Of a stretch of 64,000 nt of DNA, positions 8,857-16,761 are shown piece after piece (within the stretch, counting starts at the first letter, position 1; each line of letters opens with the position of its first letter). A program made the translations under genes and the position numbers. The DNA comes from Syntrophales bacterium (GTDB lineage: Bacteria > Desulfobacterota > Syntrophia > Syntrophales > UBA2210), in the NCBI GenBank assembly GCA_963662405.2, contig CAXXKT010000001.1:1632001-1696000 (forward strand), written 5' to 3'. Under the pieces are notes generated by a model, which saw only the letters and a program-made list of their open reading frames with translations, was not told the origin of the DNA and did no database searches.

Positions 8857-10581
8857 TCACTCAACCTTGTACGCCTTTGACTTGATGAAGTCCCAGAAGA
8901 AGATGAAGTTCAGGATCAACATCACGATCAGGATGATCATGACGGTCCATCCGGGACCCGGTTTCGCGGCGACGGCGCCCGGCTGAACCACGATGACGAA
9001 CCACAGGATGCCGCAGGTCACGGTGACCCAGAGGAGCCAGGCCGGGATGACGGCCGCGCCGGCGAAGCTCGATTTCAGCTTCTTGGCCGCGAAGGCGGCC
9101 CCGGTCATGAGGGCGATGGACGCGATGAGCTGGTTCGCCGCACCGAAGGAGCCCCAGATGATCAGCCAGTTCCCGCTTGCCGCCAGCCAGATACCGATCG
9201 CCGCCGGGACGATGGAGGCGATCCAGCGGTTGGTCAGGAAGTTATAAACTCCAGCAGCGCTGTCTTTCAGGGGCAGGGCCATCTCGGAGAGGCAATAGCG
9301 CGCCAGGCGGTTGGTGGTATCCAGGGTCGTCATGGCGAAGGAGGCGACCCACATCCCGGCGATGATCTTGACGATCTTGGTCGGGATGATGGTGAGCCAC
9401 GTCGCATTGACCATATCGGCATACGACTGGACGAAGAGGTTGGCTGCGGAAAGCTTTGCCGCTCCGGATACCTTCGTAAAGGCGGCGCCCCAGTTCTCGA
9501 AATTGAGCTGTTCGGTCGTCACTCCCGCGTTCTGGAGTGCCGTGTATCCGAACCCGGCAATGGAGACGATAACGATCGTGGAGAGGAACCCCTCGGTGAA
9601 CATCGCCCCGTATCCGATGAAGAGACCGTCGGTCTCCTTGGAGAGCTGCTTGGATGTTGTCCCCGAGGCGACCAGGGAGTGGAACCCGGAGAGGGAACCG
9701 CAGGCGATGATCAGGGGGATCGCCGGCCAGAAGGGTGTCGGTTTGCCCCCCAGGAGGACCGGGGAGAAGCTCGAAAAGGCCGGCACCTCGAATCCCCTGA
9801 AGGCGAAGATGGCGGCGAGGAAGCCGAGAACCAGTCCCGCGTAGAGCAGCCACGAGTTCAGGTAATCCCGCGGCTGGAGCAGGATATTGACCGGGATGGC
9901 GGCGGCGATGATGATGTAGAAGAAGAAGATCCACATCCAGGTATTGTAGCTCAGCGGTATTCCCTTCAGATACCCTACCCAGATAGCGGCGCACAGCATC
10001 ACGATTCCGATGATCGTCGAGACGGCGAAGTTCATCTTGGTGCGGTACAACAGGACACCCAGGATCAGGGCGGCCACGATCTTCAGGACGTACGCCATGG
10101 CGATGCCGGGAGTCTTGACGAACATGTTGCCGACGATGGCGGCGAAGGCGGCCACGACGAGGATGAGGAGGAAAAAGACAATCCAGTAGAAGGCCGTCCC
10201 CGTCCGTTTCCCGATCAGATCGGTGGCGACGAACTGGACCGATTTCCCGTCGTAGCGGACCGACGCCATCAGGGCCAGGTAGTCATGGACGGCGCCGATG
10301 AAGATGTTGCCGAACCAGACCCAGAGGAGCCCCGGGACCCAACCCCAGCAGATCGCCAGCGCCGGGCCGATGATCGGGGCGGCACCGGCGATCGACGCAA
10401 AGTGGTGTCCGAAGAGGACCTCTTTTCGTGCGGCGATGTAGTCGACCCCGTCATACAGACGCTTCGATGGGGCCTCGTTGTCGTCCGAGGCGACCACCAC
10501 GCCGCTTTCCAGCTTTTTGCCGTAGGTAAAATAAAGGATTAGGTAAAGCAGAAAACCGATAACGATGATTAATGTTGTCAT
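8857..10581 (-). CDS. cstA: Carbon starvation protein A family transporter, copy 2
   Basis: Same motifs and same 574-aa length as copy 1; RBS AAGGAGGT. Confidence 0.95.
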   Translation of the reverse strand: MTTLIIVIGFLLYLILYFTYGKKLESGVVVASDDNEAPSKRLYDGVDYIAARKEVLFGHHFASIAGAAPIIGPALAICWGWVPGLLWVWFGNIFIGAVHDYLALMASVRYDGKSVQFVATDLIGKRTGTAFYWIVFFLLILVVAAFAAIVGNMFVKTPGIAMAYVLKIVAALILGVLLYRTKMNFAVSTIIGIVMLCAAIWVGYLKGIPLSYNTWMWIFFFYIIIAAAIPVNILLQPRDYLNSWLLYAGLVLGFLAAIFAFRGFEVPAFSSFSPVLLGGKPTPFWPAIPLIIACGSLSGFHSLVASGTTSKQLSKETDGLFIGYGAMFTEGFLSTIVIVSIAGFGYTALQNAGVTTEQLNFENWGAAFTKVSGAAKLSAANLFVQSYADMVNATWLTIIPTKIVKIIAGMWVASFAMTTLDTTNRLARYCLSEMALPLKDSAAGVYNFLTNRWIASIVPAAIGIWLAASGNWLIIWGSFGAANQLIASIALMTGAAFAAKKLKSSFAGAAVIPAWLLWVTVTCGILWFVIVVQPGAVAAKPGPGWTVMIILIVMLILNFIFFWDFIKSKAYKVE

Positions 10582-10677
10582 CCCGTACCTCCTTATTGTG
10601 ATAGGTCAAGAATTGGACAAACACGATACCTCTCTATCCTGCGATAAAACCTCCCCCATACTACTACGATTCTAGCA

Positions 10678-10715
10678 AAGCTACCTCTTAAGAAATTCAA
10701 AGTCAATTTTTTTTT
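10678..10715 (-). promoter_or_regulatory. Putative sigma70 promoter for cstA copy 2
   Basis: Minus strand A-tract then TTGACT-N17-TAGCTT; same A-tract/TTGACTTTGA element upstream of copy 1. Confidence 0.5.
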
Positions 10716-10961
10716 GTTCTGTTGTCGTTTAGAGAGAAAGTCCATGATACGGCGGACACTGGAATTTATCGCACCCTTCGTTCGTGTTGTTCTGTTCTTG
10801 AATCTCTGTCTACAAGATATTGCCAATTCGGTAAAACAGGGGATGACACAACATAAATGCCGGCAGTCAATGTACGACTGAAACGTTTTATTGGGACAGG
10901 TGTGTCCGGTGCCGTGTCACGGAGATAACGCCCCGGAAGCGGGCCGTCTTAATCTGACGGC

Positions 10962-10993
10962 TTACGTGCTCCTGACATTACGTGCTCCTGACA
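10962..10993 (+). repeat. Perfect 16-bp tandem duplication TTACGTGCTCCTGACA x2
   Basis: Units at 10962-10977 and 10978-10993. Confidence 0.95.
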
Positions 10994-10994
10994 C

Positions 10995-11023
10995 TTGACA
11001 GAGACGGTAATCATTTATAACAT
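10995..11023 (+). promoter_or_regulatory. Putative sigma70 promoter for amrB-amrA
   Basis: TTGACA-N17-TAACAT. Confidence 0.6.
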
Positions 11024-11059
11024 ACATATCATGTGCGTTATAACGGAAAACGGGGGTGA

Positions 11060-12019
11060 TTGTCGCAGAGAATGAGCGTAATCAACAGGACGGTATCGTG
11101 CATAGTTATTATTGCGTTCCTGAGCTTTTCAATGTATGCAGAAGCAAGAGGGGACAAGATGGAAGCCGTACGAAAGCCAATGCTTGCGGGGACATGGTAC
11201 CCGGCGGATCCGGTTCGACTCAGGACTGACATAGAAACCTATATCGCCGATGCACGGGAGGAGATGACCGATGGAAGTGTGGTGGGAATCATTGCTCCCC
11301 ATGCCGGATATATGTATTCAGGGGCGGTTGCAGCACATGCCTACAAGGCCGTACGGAGAGATCTTTTTGACGTGGTGATCCTGGTGGGGCCCAGTCATAG
11401 GGCTTATTTCAAAGGTGCATCCATCTACGATGGAGATGGGTACGAGACCCCTTTGGGAATTACCCCTATCGAAAAGGTCCTGGCCGAGAAGATAGTGGAA
11501 TACGGCAATGGCTTCGTGTCACTGGTGCCGGATGATTGTCTCCCCGAAAATTCTCTTGAGATCCAGGTTCCCTTCATACAGGTGGCGTTTGGGACGATTC
11601 CTTTCGTCCCGATTTTGATGGGAACGCAGGATTTGATTACGTGCAAGGCCGTGGCGGATGCGATTATTCAAGCAGCGAAGGGGCGTCGGTTTTTGATGAT
11701 TGCCAGTTCCGATTTCTCGCATTATCACAGCTATGATAAGGCTGTTGCCATGGATTCGGCTGCGCTTGCGTATATTGAGAAGATGGATGATGAAGGATTC
11801 TTGCGGGGGATTGAACATGGCACATTCGAGGCCTGTGGCGCCGGACCGGTGGCCGTGACCACGATGGTGGCCCGCGAGATGAAAGCCGATACCGTGAAAG
11901 TCTTCGCGTATATGAATTCCGGTGATATCACGGGGGAGAAGAACGGAGTTGTTGGGTATGCCGCCGTTGTCTTGTACCAAAAAGGCGTTGACGGCATGCA
12001 CGGGGAAGAGGGGCAATGA
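11060..12019 (+). CDS. amrB: AmmeMemoRadiSam system protein B (MEMO1 family); start uncertain
   Basis: RKPMLAGTWYP, PHAGYMYSG, GPSH, ASSDFSHY, ACG, VVGYAA. Confidence 0.92.
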   Translation: MSQRMSVINRTVSCIVIIAFLSFSMYAEARGDKMEAVRKPMLAGTWYPADPVRLRTDIETYIADAREEMTDGSVVGIIAPHAGYMYSGAVAAHAYKAVRRDLFDVVILVGPSHRAYFKGASIYDGDGYETPLGITPIEKVLAEKIVEYGNGFVSLVPDDCLPENSLEIQVPFIQVAFGTIPFVPILMGTQDLITCKAVADAIIQAAKGRRFLMIASSDFSHYHSYDKAVAMDSAALAYIEKMDDEGFLRGIEHGTFEACGAGPVAVTTMVAREMKADTVKVFAYMNSGDITGEKNGVVGYAAVVLYQKGVDGMHGEEGQ

Positions 12020-12561
12020 ATCTGACGAAGGAAGAAAAGGGTCTTCTCCTTGCGATCGCGCGGGAGAGTATCGAAGCCGGGGTTATTGGTCAGAAGGTGT
12101 CTCGTCGCGAGGTTGCAGCCGATTTCCTGAAAGAGAAGACGGGGGCCTTTGTGACCCTCAAAAAACATGAACGGTTGAGAGGGTGCATCGGCTTTATCAG
12201 GGGGGAGAAACCACTGTATGAGACGGTTGAAGAGATGGCGCAGGCGGCGGCCTTCAGGGACCCTCGATTCGGTCCGGTGCAAAAAGATGAACTTGATGAC
12301 CTTGATATCGAGATCTCGGTCCTGACCCCGCTGGAAGAGATTCATGATGTTGGTGAAATCGAGGTTGGTCGACATGGGATCTATTTGGTTAAAGGGTTTC
12401 ATTCCGGTTTGCTCCTCCCGCAGGTAGCCCCCGAATATAACTGGGACAGGACCACTTTCCTGAGGGAAACCTGTCACAAGGCAGGTCTCCCTCAGGACGC
12501 GTGGGAAGACCCGGACGCGAAGATTTATATTTTTTCCGCGACTGTTTTCAGCGAAGGGTAG
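12016..12561 (+). CDS. amrA: AmmeMemoRadiSam system protein A (AMMECR1 family)
   Basis: GAFVTL, LRGCIG, AAFRDPRF, EISVLTP, GLLLPQVA, CHKAGL; ATGA overlap with amrB. Confidence 0.93.
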   Translation: MNLTKEEKGLLLAIARESIEAGVIGQKVSRREVAADFLKEKTGAFVTLKKHERLRGCIGFIRGEKPLYETVEEMAQAAAFRDPRFGPVQKDELDDLDIEISVLTPLEEIHDVGEIEVGRHGIYLVKGFHSGLLLPQVAPEYNWDRTTFLRETCHKAGLPQDAWEDPDAKIYIFSATVFSEG

Positions 12562-12616
12562 GTTGGGCGGGTTGACATGTTTTTGCTTTCAAACCACGAT
12601 TTATGATAAAAACCTC

Positions 12617-12645
12617 TTGACAAACAACAAATTTCTATTTAGTGT
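12617..12645 (+). promoter_or_regulatory. Putative sigma70 promoter of tRNA cluster
   Basis: TTGACA-N17-TAGTGT with A-rich upstream sequence. Confidence 0.6.
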
Positions 12646-12751
12646 TCCTGATTCGATTTGCGGGATAGAGAAAGCCCTTGTTTTGCAAGGGCGGAGGGTG
12701 GAGTTGACCCGTACAGTTCTTGAAAGTGATTTGATATACATAAGTTAACTT

Positions 12752-12827
12752 GCTGGCGTAGCTCAATTGGTAGAGCAGCTGATTTGTAATCAGCAGGTCG
12801 CGGGTTCGAGTCCCATCGCCAGCTCCA
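12752..12827 (+). tRNA. tRNA-Thr(TGT)
   Basis: 76-nt cloverleaf, anticodon arm CTGAT-TTGTAAT-CAG, CCA end. Confidence 0.97.
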
Positions 12828-12845
12828 GTTACTGTTGATTAGTGT

Positions 12846-12930
12846 GGAGGGGTTCCCGAGTGGTCAAAGGGAGCAGACTGTAAATCTGCCGGCGAAGCCT
12901 ACGGAGGTTCAAATCCTCCCCCCTCCACCA
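12846..12930 (+). tRNA. tRNA-Tyr(GTA)
   Basis: 85 nt, GCAGA-CTGTAAA-TCTGC, long variable arm, CCA end. Confidence 0.97.
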
Positions 12931-12958
12931 TATTTTTGCCGTTTTGGGCTTCCACAAG

Positions 12959-13034
12959 GCGGGAGTAGCTCAGTGGCTAGAGCATCAGCCTTCCAAGCTG
13001 AGGGTCGCGGGTTCGAATCCCGTTTCCCGCTCCA
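12959..13034 (+). tRNA. tRNA-Gly(TCC)
   Basis: 76 nt, TCAGC-CTTCCAA-GCTGA, CCA end. Confidence 0.97.
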
Positions 13035-13077
13035 TTTTTTGATGGGTTGCCCGATACGTGGCTACCGGTGTTTATTG

Positions 13078-13153
13078 GCCCACGTAGCTCAGTCGGTAGA
13101 GCACATCCTTGGTAAGGATGAGGTCACCAGTTCAATCCTGGTCGTGGGCTCCA
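13078..13153 (+). tRNA. tRNA-Thr(GGT)
   Basis: 76 nt, ATCC-TTGGTAA-GGAT, CCA end. Confidence 0.97.
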
Positions 13154-13183
13154 CTTTGGTGAAGGCGGGTATATGTTATGGGA

Positions 13184-13333
13184 ATGAGAGACATCGTTAT
13201 TCTCGCATGCAGTGAGTGTAAGCAGAGAAATTATACGACTACGAAGAACAAGCGGATTACGAAGAACCGCCTTGAAATGAAAAAGTATTGTAAATTCTGC
13301 CAGCGGCATACGGACCACAGAGAGACGAAGTAG
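13184..13333 (+). CDS. rpmG: 50S ribosomal protein L33 (Zn-ribbon type; missing from ORF track)
   Basis: Manual translation [49 protein letters not shown]. Confidence 0.96.
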   Translation: MRDIVILACSECKQRNYTTTKNKRITKNRLEMKKYCKFCQRHTDHRETK

Positions 13334-13444
13334 GACTCAGTGGATGCGCTGGCTGTGACCGGTCGGAGTTTTTCCCGGAAGGTGGTTGGCCAGGGTATCC
13401 CGGGTGCATTCGAGGGTGGTGAATGAGGGCATATTGTTTGGTAC

Positions 13445-13521
13445 AGGCCAGTAGCTCTAACGGCTAGAGCACCGGACTCCAAATCCGGGTGTTGGGGGTT
13501 CGAATCCCTCCTGGCCTGCCA
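13445..13521 (+). tRNA. tRNA-Trp(CCA)
   Basis: 77 nt, CCGGA-CTCCAAA-TCCGG, CCA end; canonical position before secE. Confidence 0.97.
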
Positions 13522-13547
13522 TTTTATTTTTCCTGAGGAACGGGTGG

Positions 13548-13751
13548 ATGGAAAAAATACGGTCGATAATAACCAGGATGACGCGCTTCCTCAAGGAGGC
13601 GAGAGCTGAGCTGAAGAAGGTGACATGGCCGACCCCGAAGGAGGCCCTCGCCTCGACGTCCGTCGTGATTGTCGTGGTTATTATTTTATCAATATTTCTT
13701 GGTATCGTAGATCTCGGTCTTACCAGGATAATACGATTGGTGCTGAGCTAA
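13548..13751 (+). CDS. secE: Preprotein translocase subunit SecE
   Basis: ELKKVTWP plus single TM helix. Confidence 0.95.
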   Translation: MEKIRSIITRMTRFLKEARAELKKVTWPTPKEALASTSVVIVVVIILSIFLGIVDLGLTRIIRLVLS

Positions 13752-13755
13752 TAAT

Positions 13756-14286
13756 ATGGCTTTCAACTGGTACGTTGTGCACACATATTCAGGGTTTGAA
13801 AACCGGGTCAAACGCTCTCTCGAGGAACGGGTGGTCACCTTCGGGATGCAGGATTATTTCGAAGACGTTCTGATCCCTGAGGAGGACGTGGTCGAGCTCA
13901 AGAAAGGGGAGAAGAAAACCTCGAAGAGGAAATTTTTCCCCGGATATATACTGGTGAAGATGGAGCTGACCGATGAGACGTGGCACATGGTGAAGGAAAC
14001 CCCCAAGGTAACCGGATTTATCGGAACGAAAGACAGGCCGTCTCCGATATCCGATGAATCTGTGCAGTCGCTGAAGACCAAGATCGACGAGGGGACCCTC
14101 AAGCCCCAACCGAAATTCAAATTTGAGCTGGGAGATCATGTGCGGATCGTTGATGGTCCCTTTACTAATTTTGACGGGGTTGTTGACGAGGTTAAACCGG
14201 AGAAGGGAAAATTGCGGGTGATTGTGTCTATATTTGGTAGATCCACCCCCGTAGAACTTGATTTTATACAAGTAGTTCAAAACTAG
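13756..14286 (+). CDS. nusG: Transcription termination/antitermination factor NusG
   Basis: [22 protein letters not shown] domain, [10 protein letters not shown]. Confidence 0.98.
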   Translation: MAFNWYVVHTYSGFENRVKRSLEERVVTFGMQDYFEDVLIPEEDVVELKKGEKKTSKRKFFPGYILVKMELTDETWHMVKETPKVTGFIGTKDRPSPISDESVQSLKTKIDEGTLKPQPKFKFELGDHVRIVDGPFTNFDGVVDEVKPEKGKLRVIVSIFGRSTPVELDFIQVVQN

Positions 14287-14335
14287 AGGTTCCGCAAGGA
14301 AATTTTGAAACGAGAAGAAAATAGAGGGGAGTCTC

Positions 14336-14761
14336 ATGGCTAAGAAGGTTATCGCAAGCATCAAGCTTCAAATCCAGGCAGGCAAAGCAACGCCTTCGCC
14401 GCCTATTGGTCCCGCCCTGGGCCAGCACGGGGTGAATATCATGGAATTCTGCAAGGCGTACAATGCCTTAACGCAGAATCAGGAGGGGATGATCATACCG
14501 GTTGAGATAACCGTCTATGCCGATAAATCTTTCACTTTTATCACGAAGACACCACCGACATCCGTTCTTCTGAAACAGGCGGCGAAGATCGCAAAGGGTG
14601 CCGGGGATCCTAAACGTGAAAAGGTGGGCACGGTGACACCCAAACAGATACGTGAAATCGCTGAGATTAAGTATGAAGATCTGAACGCCGTCGATATGGA
14701 CGGGGCGATGGCCATCGTTGCGGGGACGGCGCGATCCATGGGTATTGAGATCGGCAAATAA
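14336..14761 (+). CDS. rplK: 50S ribosomal protein L11
   Basis: [21 protein letters not shown]. Confidence 0.98.
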   Translation: MAKKVIASIKLQIQAGKATPSPPIGPALGQHGVNIMEFCKAYNALTQNQEGMIIPVEITVYADKSFTFITKTPPTSVLLKQAAKIAKGAGDPKREKVGTVTPKQIREIAEIKYEDLNAVDMDGAMAIVAGTARSMGIEIGK

Positions 14762-14784
14762 ATCTACTTCGGGGTTTGAACAAG

Positions 14785-15495
14785 ATGTCTAACAGAGGCA
14801 AAAAGTATTTGGAAGAGAGAAACAAGGTGGAGCCCGGTAAGCGGTATTCACTGGGAGAGGCCGTGGAACTTTCATTGTCGACGGCACGGGCGAAATTCGA
14901 TGAAACGGCCGATGTCGCCATCAAGTTAGGGGTCAATCCCAAACACGCGGACCAGATGATACGCGGGAGTGTCGTGCTTCCGCATGGCCTCGGTAAGACG
15001 GTCAGGGTACTGGTCTTTGCGAAAGGGGACAAAGAGCGAGAGGCCCTTGACGCCGGGGCGGATTTTGCCGGTTCCGATGATCTTATCGAGAAGGTCAGGG
15101 ACGGCTGGATGGATTTCGATCGGGTCGTTGCTACGCCGGACATGATGGGGAGTGTCGGAAAGCTGGGAAAGATCCTGGGGCCGCGCGGGCTGATGCCCAA
15201 TCCCAAGGTGGGCACGGTGACCTTTGACGTTAAAAATGCCGTCGAGGAATTAAAGGCGGGAAAGGTCGAGTTCAGAGTGGAGAAAGCGGGGATCGTTCAT
15301 AGCCCCGTAGGAAAAATCTCATTCGGAGCGGACAAACTGACGGAGAATATCTTAGCACTTGTAGAATCGCTACTGAAGCTGAAGCCGGCATCCAGCAAGG
15401 GGACTTACCTAAAAGCCATTTCTCTCTCCACGACCATGGGCCCGGGGGTTGGTATAGATCCCTTGGATGTCAGGAATATTTTACGGGTCGTATAG
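14785..15495 (+). CDS. rplA: 50S ribosomal protein L1
   Basis: [19 protein letters not shown] 14785 chosen. Confidence 0.98.
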   Translation: MSNRGKKYLEERNKVEPGKRYSLGEAVELSLSTARAKFDETADVAIKLGVNPKHADQMIRGSVVLPHGLGKTVRVLVFAKGDKEREALDAGADFAGSDDLIEKVRDGWMDFDRVVATPDMMGSVGKLGKILGPRGLMPNPKVGTVTFDVKNAVEELKAGKVEFRVEKAGIVHSPVGKISFGADKLTENILALVESLLKLKPASSKGTYLKAISLSTTMGPGVGIDPLDVRNILRVV

Positions 15496-15508
15496 AAGAC
15501 GAAGAAGA

Positions 15509-15566
15509 AGTCAGAGACAGCAGGTACCGCGGGTTTAATCGAGCTGAGGATCGGCCTGCCGAGACT
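15509..15566 (+). ncRNA. Ribosomal protein L10 leader (core)
   Basis: AGTC-AGAGACAGCAGG...TTTAA...CCTGCCGA-GACT pattern upstream of rplJ. Confidence 0.8.
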
Positions 15567-15682
15567 ATAAGGGAGTTTAAGCAGTATCTTTTCCTGTATA
15601 GCGGTCTGACTTTCAGAGGATCCGGGTTGCTGCTCGGCGACCGGGATGTCTAGGAAATGACACAACGGAAGGAGGCCATGTA

Positions 15683-16210
15683 TTGAATCGAAGTGCAAAA
15701 GAACATGTTGTCGCTGAGCTTCACAAAAAGCTGAAGGATGTGAAGCTGGCTGTTCTTGCGGATTACAGTGGTATCAGGGTCAAGGAGATTACCGGCCTGA
15801 GGAATGAGCTGCGAAAGGTGGAGAGTGAGTTCAAGGTGGTGAAGAACAATCTCCTCAGTATCGCTCTCAAGGATACCGATTTCATGCCGTTGGAGGATCA
15901 CCTCAAAGGTCCCAAGGCGCTCATGATGAACTTCGGGGACGTCGTTGCGCCCACCAAGATCTTGGTTGAGTTCGCCAAGAAGAACAATAAGCTTGAGATT
16001 GAGGCGGGGGTTTTGGATGGTGCCCTGTTGGACAGAGATCATATCAAGGCCCTGGCCGAACTGCCGAGTAGAGAGGTCCTTCTGGCAAAGCTTCTCTCTA
16101 TCTTGGTGGGGGTCCAGACCCAGTTGGTCACGGTCTTGAGTGGGGTTCCCCGTGGTTTTGTTCAGGTGCTCGAGGCTCATCGGCAGAATAAAGAGCAAGA
16201 AGGAAATTGA
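15683..16210 (+). CDS. rplJ: 50S ribosomal protein L10
   Basis: FKVVKNNL, LAELPSREVLLAKLL; TTG start after AAGGAGG. Confidence 0.97.
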   Translation: MNRSAKEHVVAELHKKLKDVKLAVLADYSGIRVKEITGLRNELRKVESEFKVVKNNLLSIALKDTDFMPLEDHLKGPKALMMNFGDVVAPTKILVEFAKKNNKLEIEAGVLDGALLDRDHIKALAELPSREVLLAKLLSILVGVQTQLVTVLSGVPRGFVQVLEAHRQNKEQEGN

Positions 16211-16238
16211 TTAGATACAGGAAAGGATAGGAAAAACA

Positions 16239-16631
16239 ATGGCAACCGAAAAGAAGATTACAAAAGAAGAAGTTGTTGAGTTTATTGAGAATATGACGGT
16301 TCTTGAGCTGTCCGAGATGGTGAAGGAACTGGAAGAAAGACTTGGTGTTTCTGCCGCGGCCCCGGTGGCGGCGGTGGCGGCAGCCGGACCGGCAGCAGCG
16401 GCGGCCCCGGCGGAGGAAAAGACGGATTTCGACGTAATCCTGACCGGATTCGGGGACCAGAAGATTCAGGTCATCAAGGTTGCCCGGGCCGTGACGGGGC
16501 TTGGGCTCAAAGAGGCCAAGGATCTGGTTGAGGGGATTCCCAAGCCGGTGAAAGAAGGCGTGTCAAAGGATGAAGCCGAAGAGATAAAAAAGAAGCTGGA
16601 AGAGGTTGGTGCTACGGTAGAGATTAAGTAG
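16239..16631 (+). CDS. rplL: 50S ribosomal protein L7/L12
   Basis: Ala-rich hinge, [12 protein letters not shown]. Confidence 0.98.
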   Translation: MATEKKITKEEVVEFIENMTVLELSEMVKELEERLGVSAAAPVAAVAAAGPAAAAAPAEEKTDFDVILTGFGDQKIQVIKVARAVTGLGLKEAKDLVEGIPKPVKEGVSKDEAEEIKKKLEEVGATVEIK

Positions 16632-16686
16632 GTAACTAACGGTTACTCAAAGTTACATTACAGGGAGATTCAATGGAATGGGTCTG

Positions 16687-16732
16687 GAAGCCAGAGGTCA
16701 GAGAGGTTTTTCTGTTCTGGCTTCTCTCTTTT
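16687..16732 (+). terminator. rplL-rpoB attenuator-like hairpin
   Basis: GAAGCCAGA...TCTGGCTTC stem then TCTCTTTT. Confidence 0.55.
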
Positions 16733-16761
16733 ATGAAGGGTAGACCATTATAAGGATCACT

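Noticed and set aside
12800..12816. C-A mismatch in the T stem of tRNA-Thr(TGT)
   Set aside because: Rest of the cloverleaf is perfect and, to my recollection, the same stem occurs in other deltaproteobacterial tRNA-Thr; not a pseudogene
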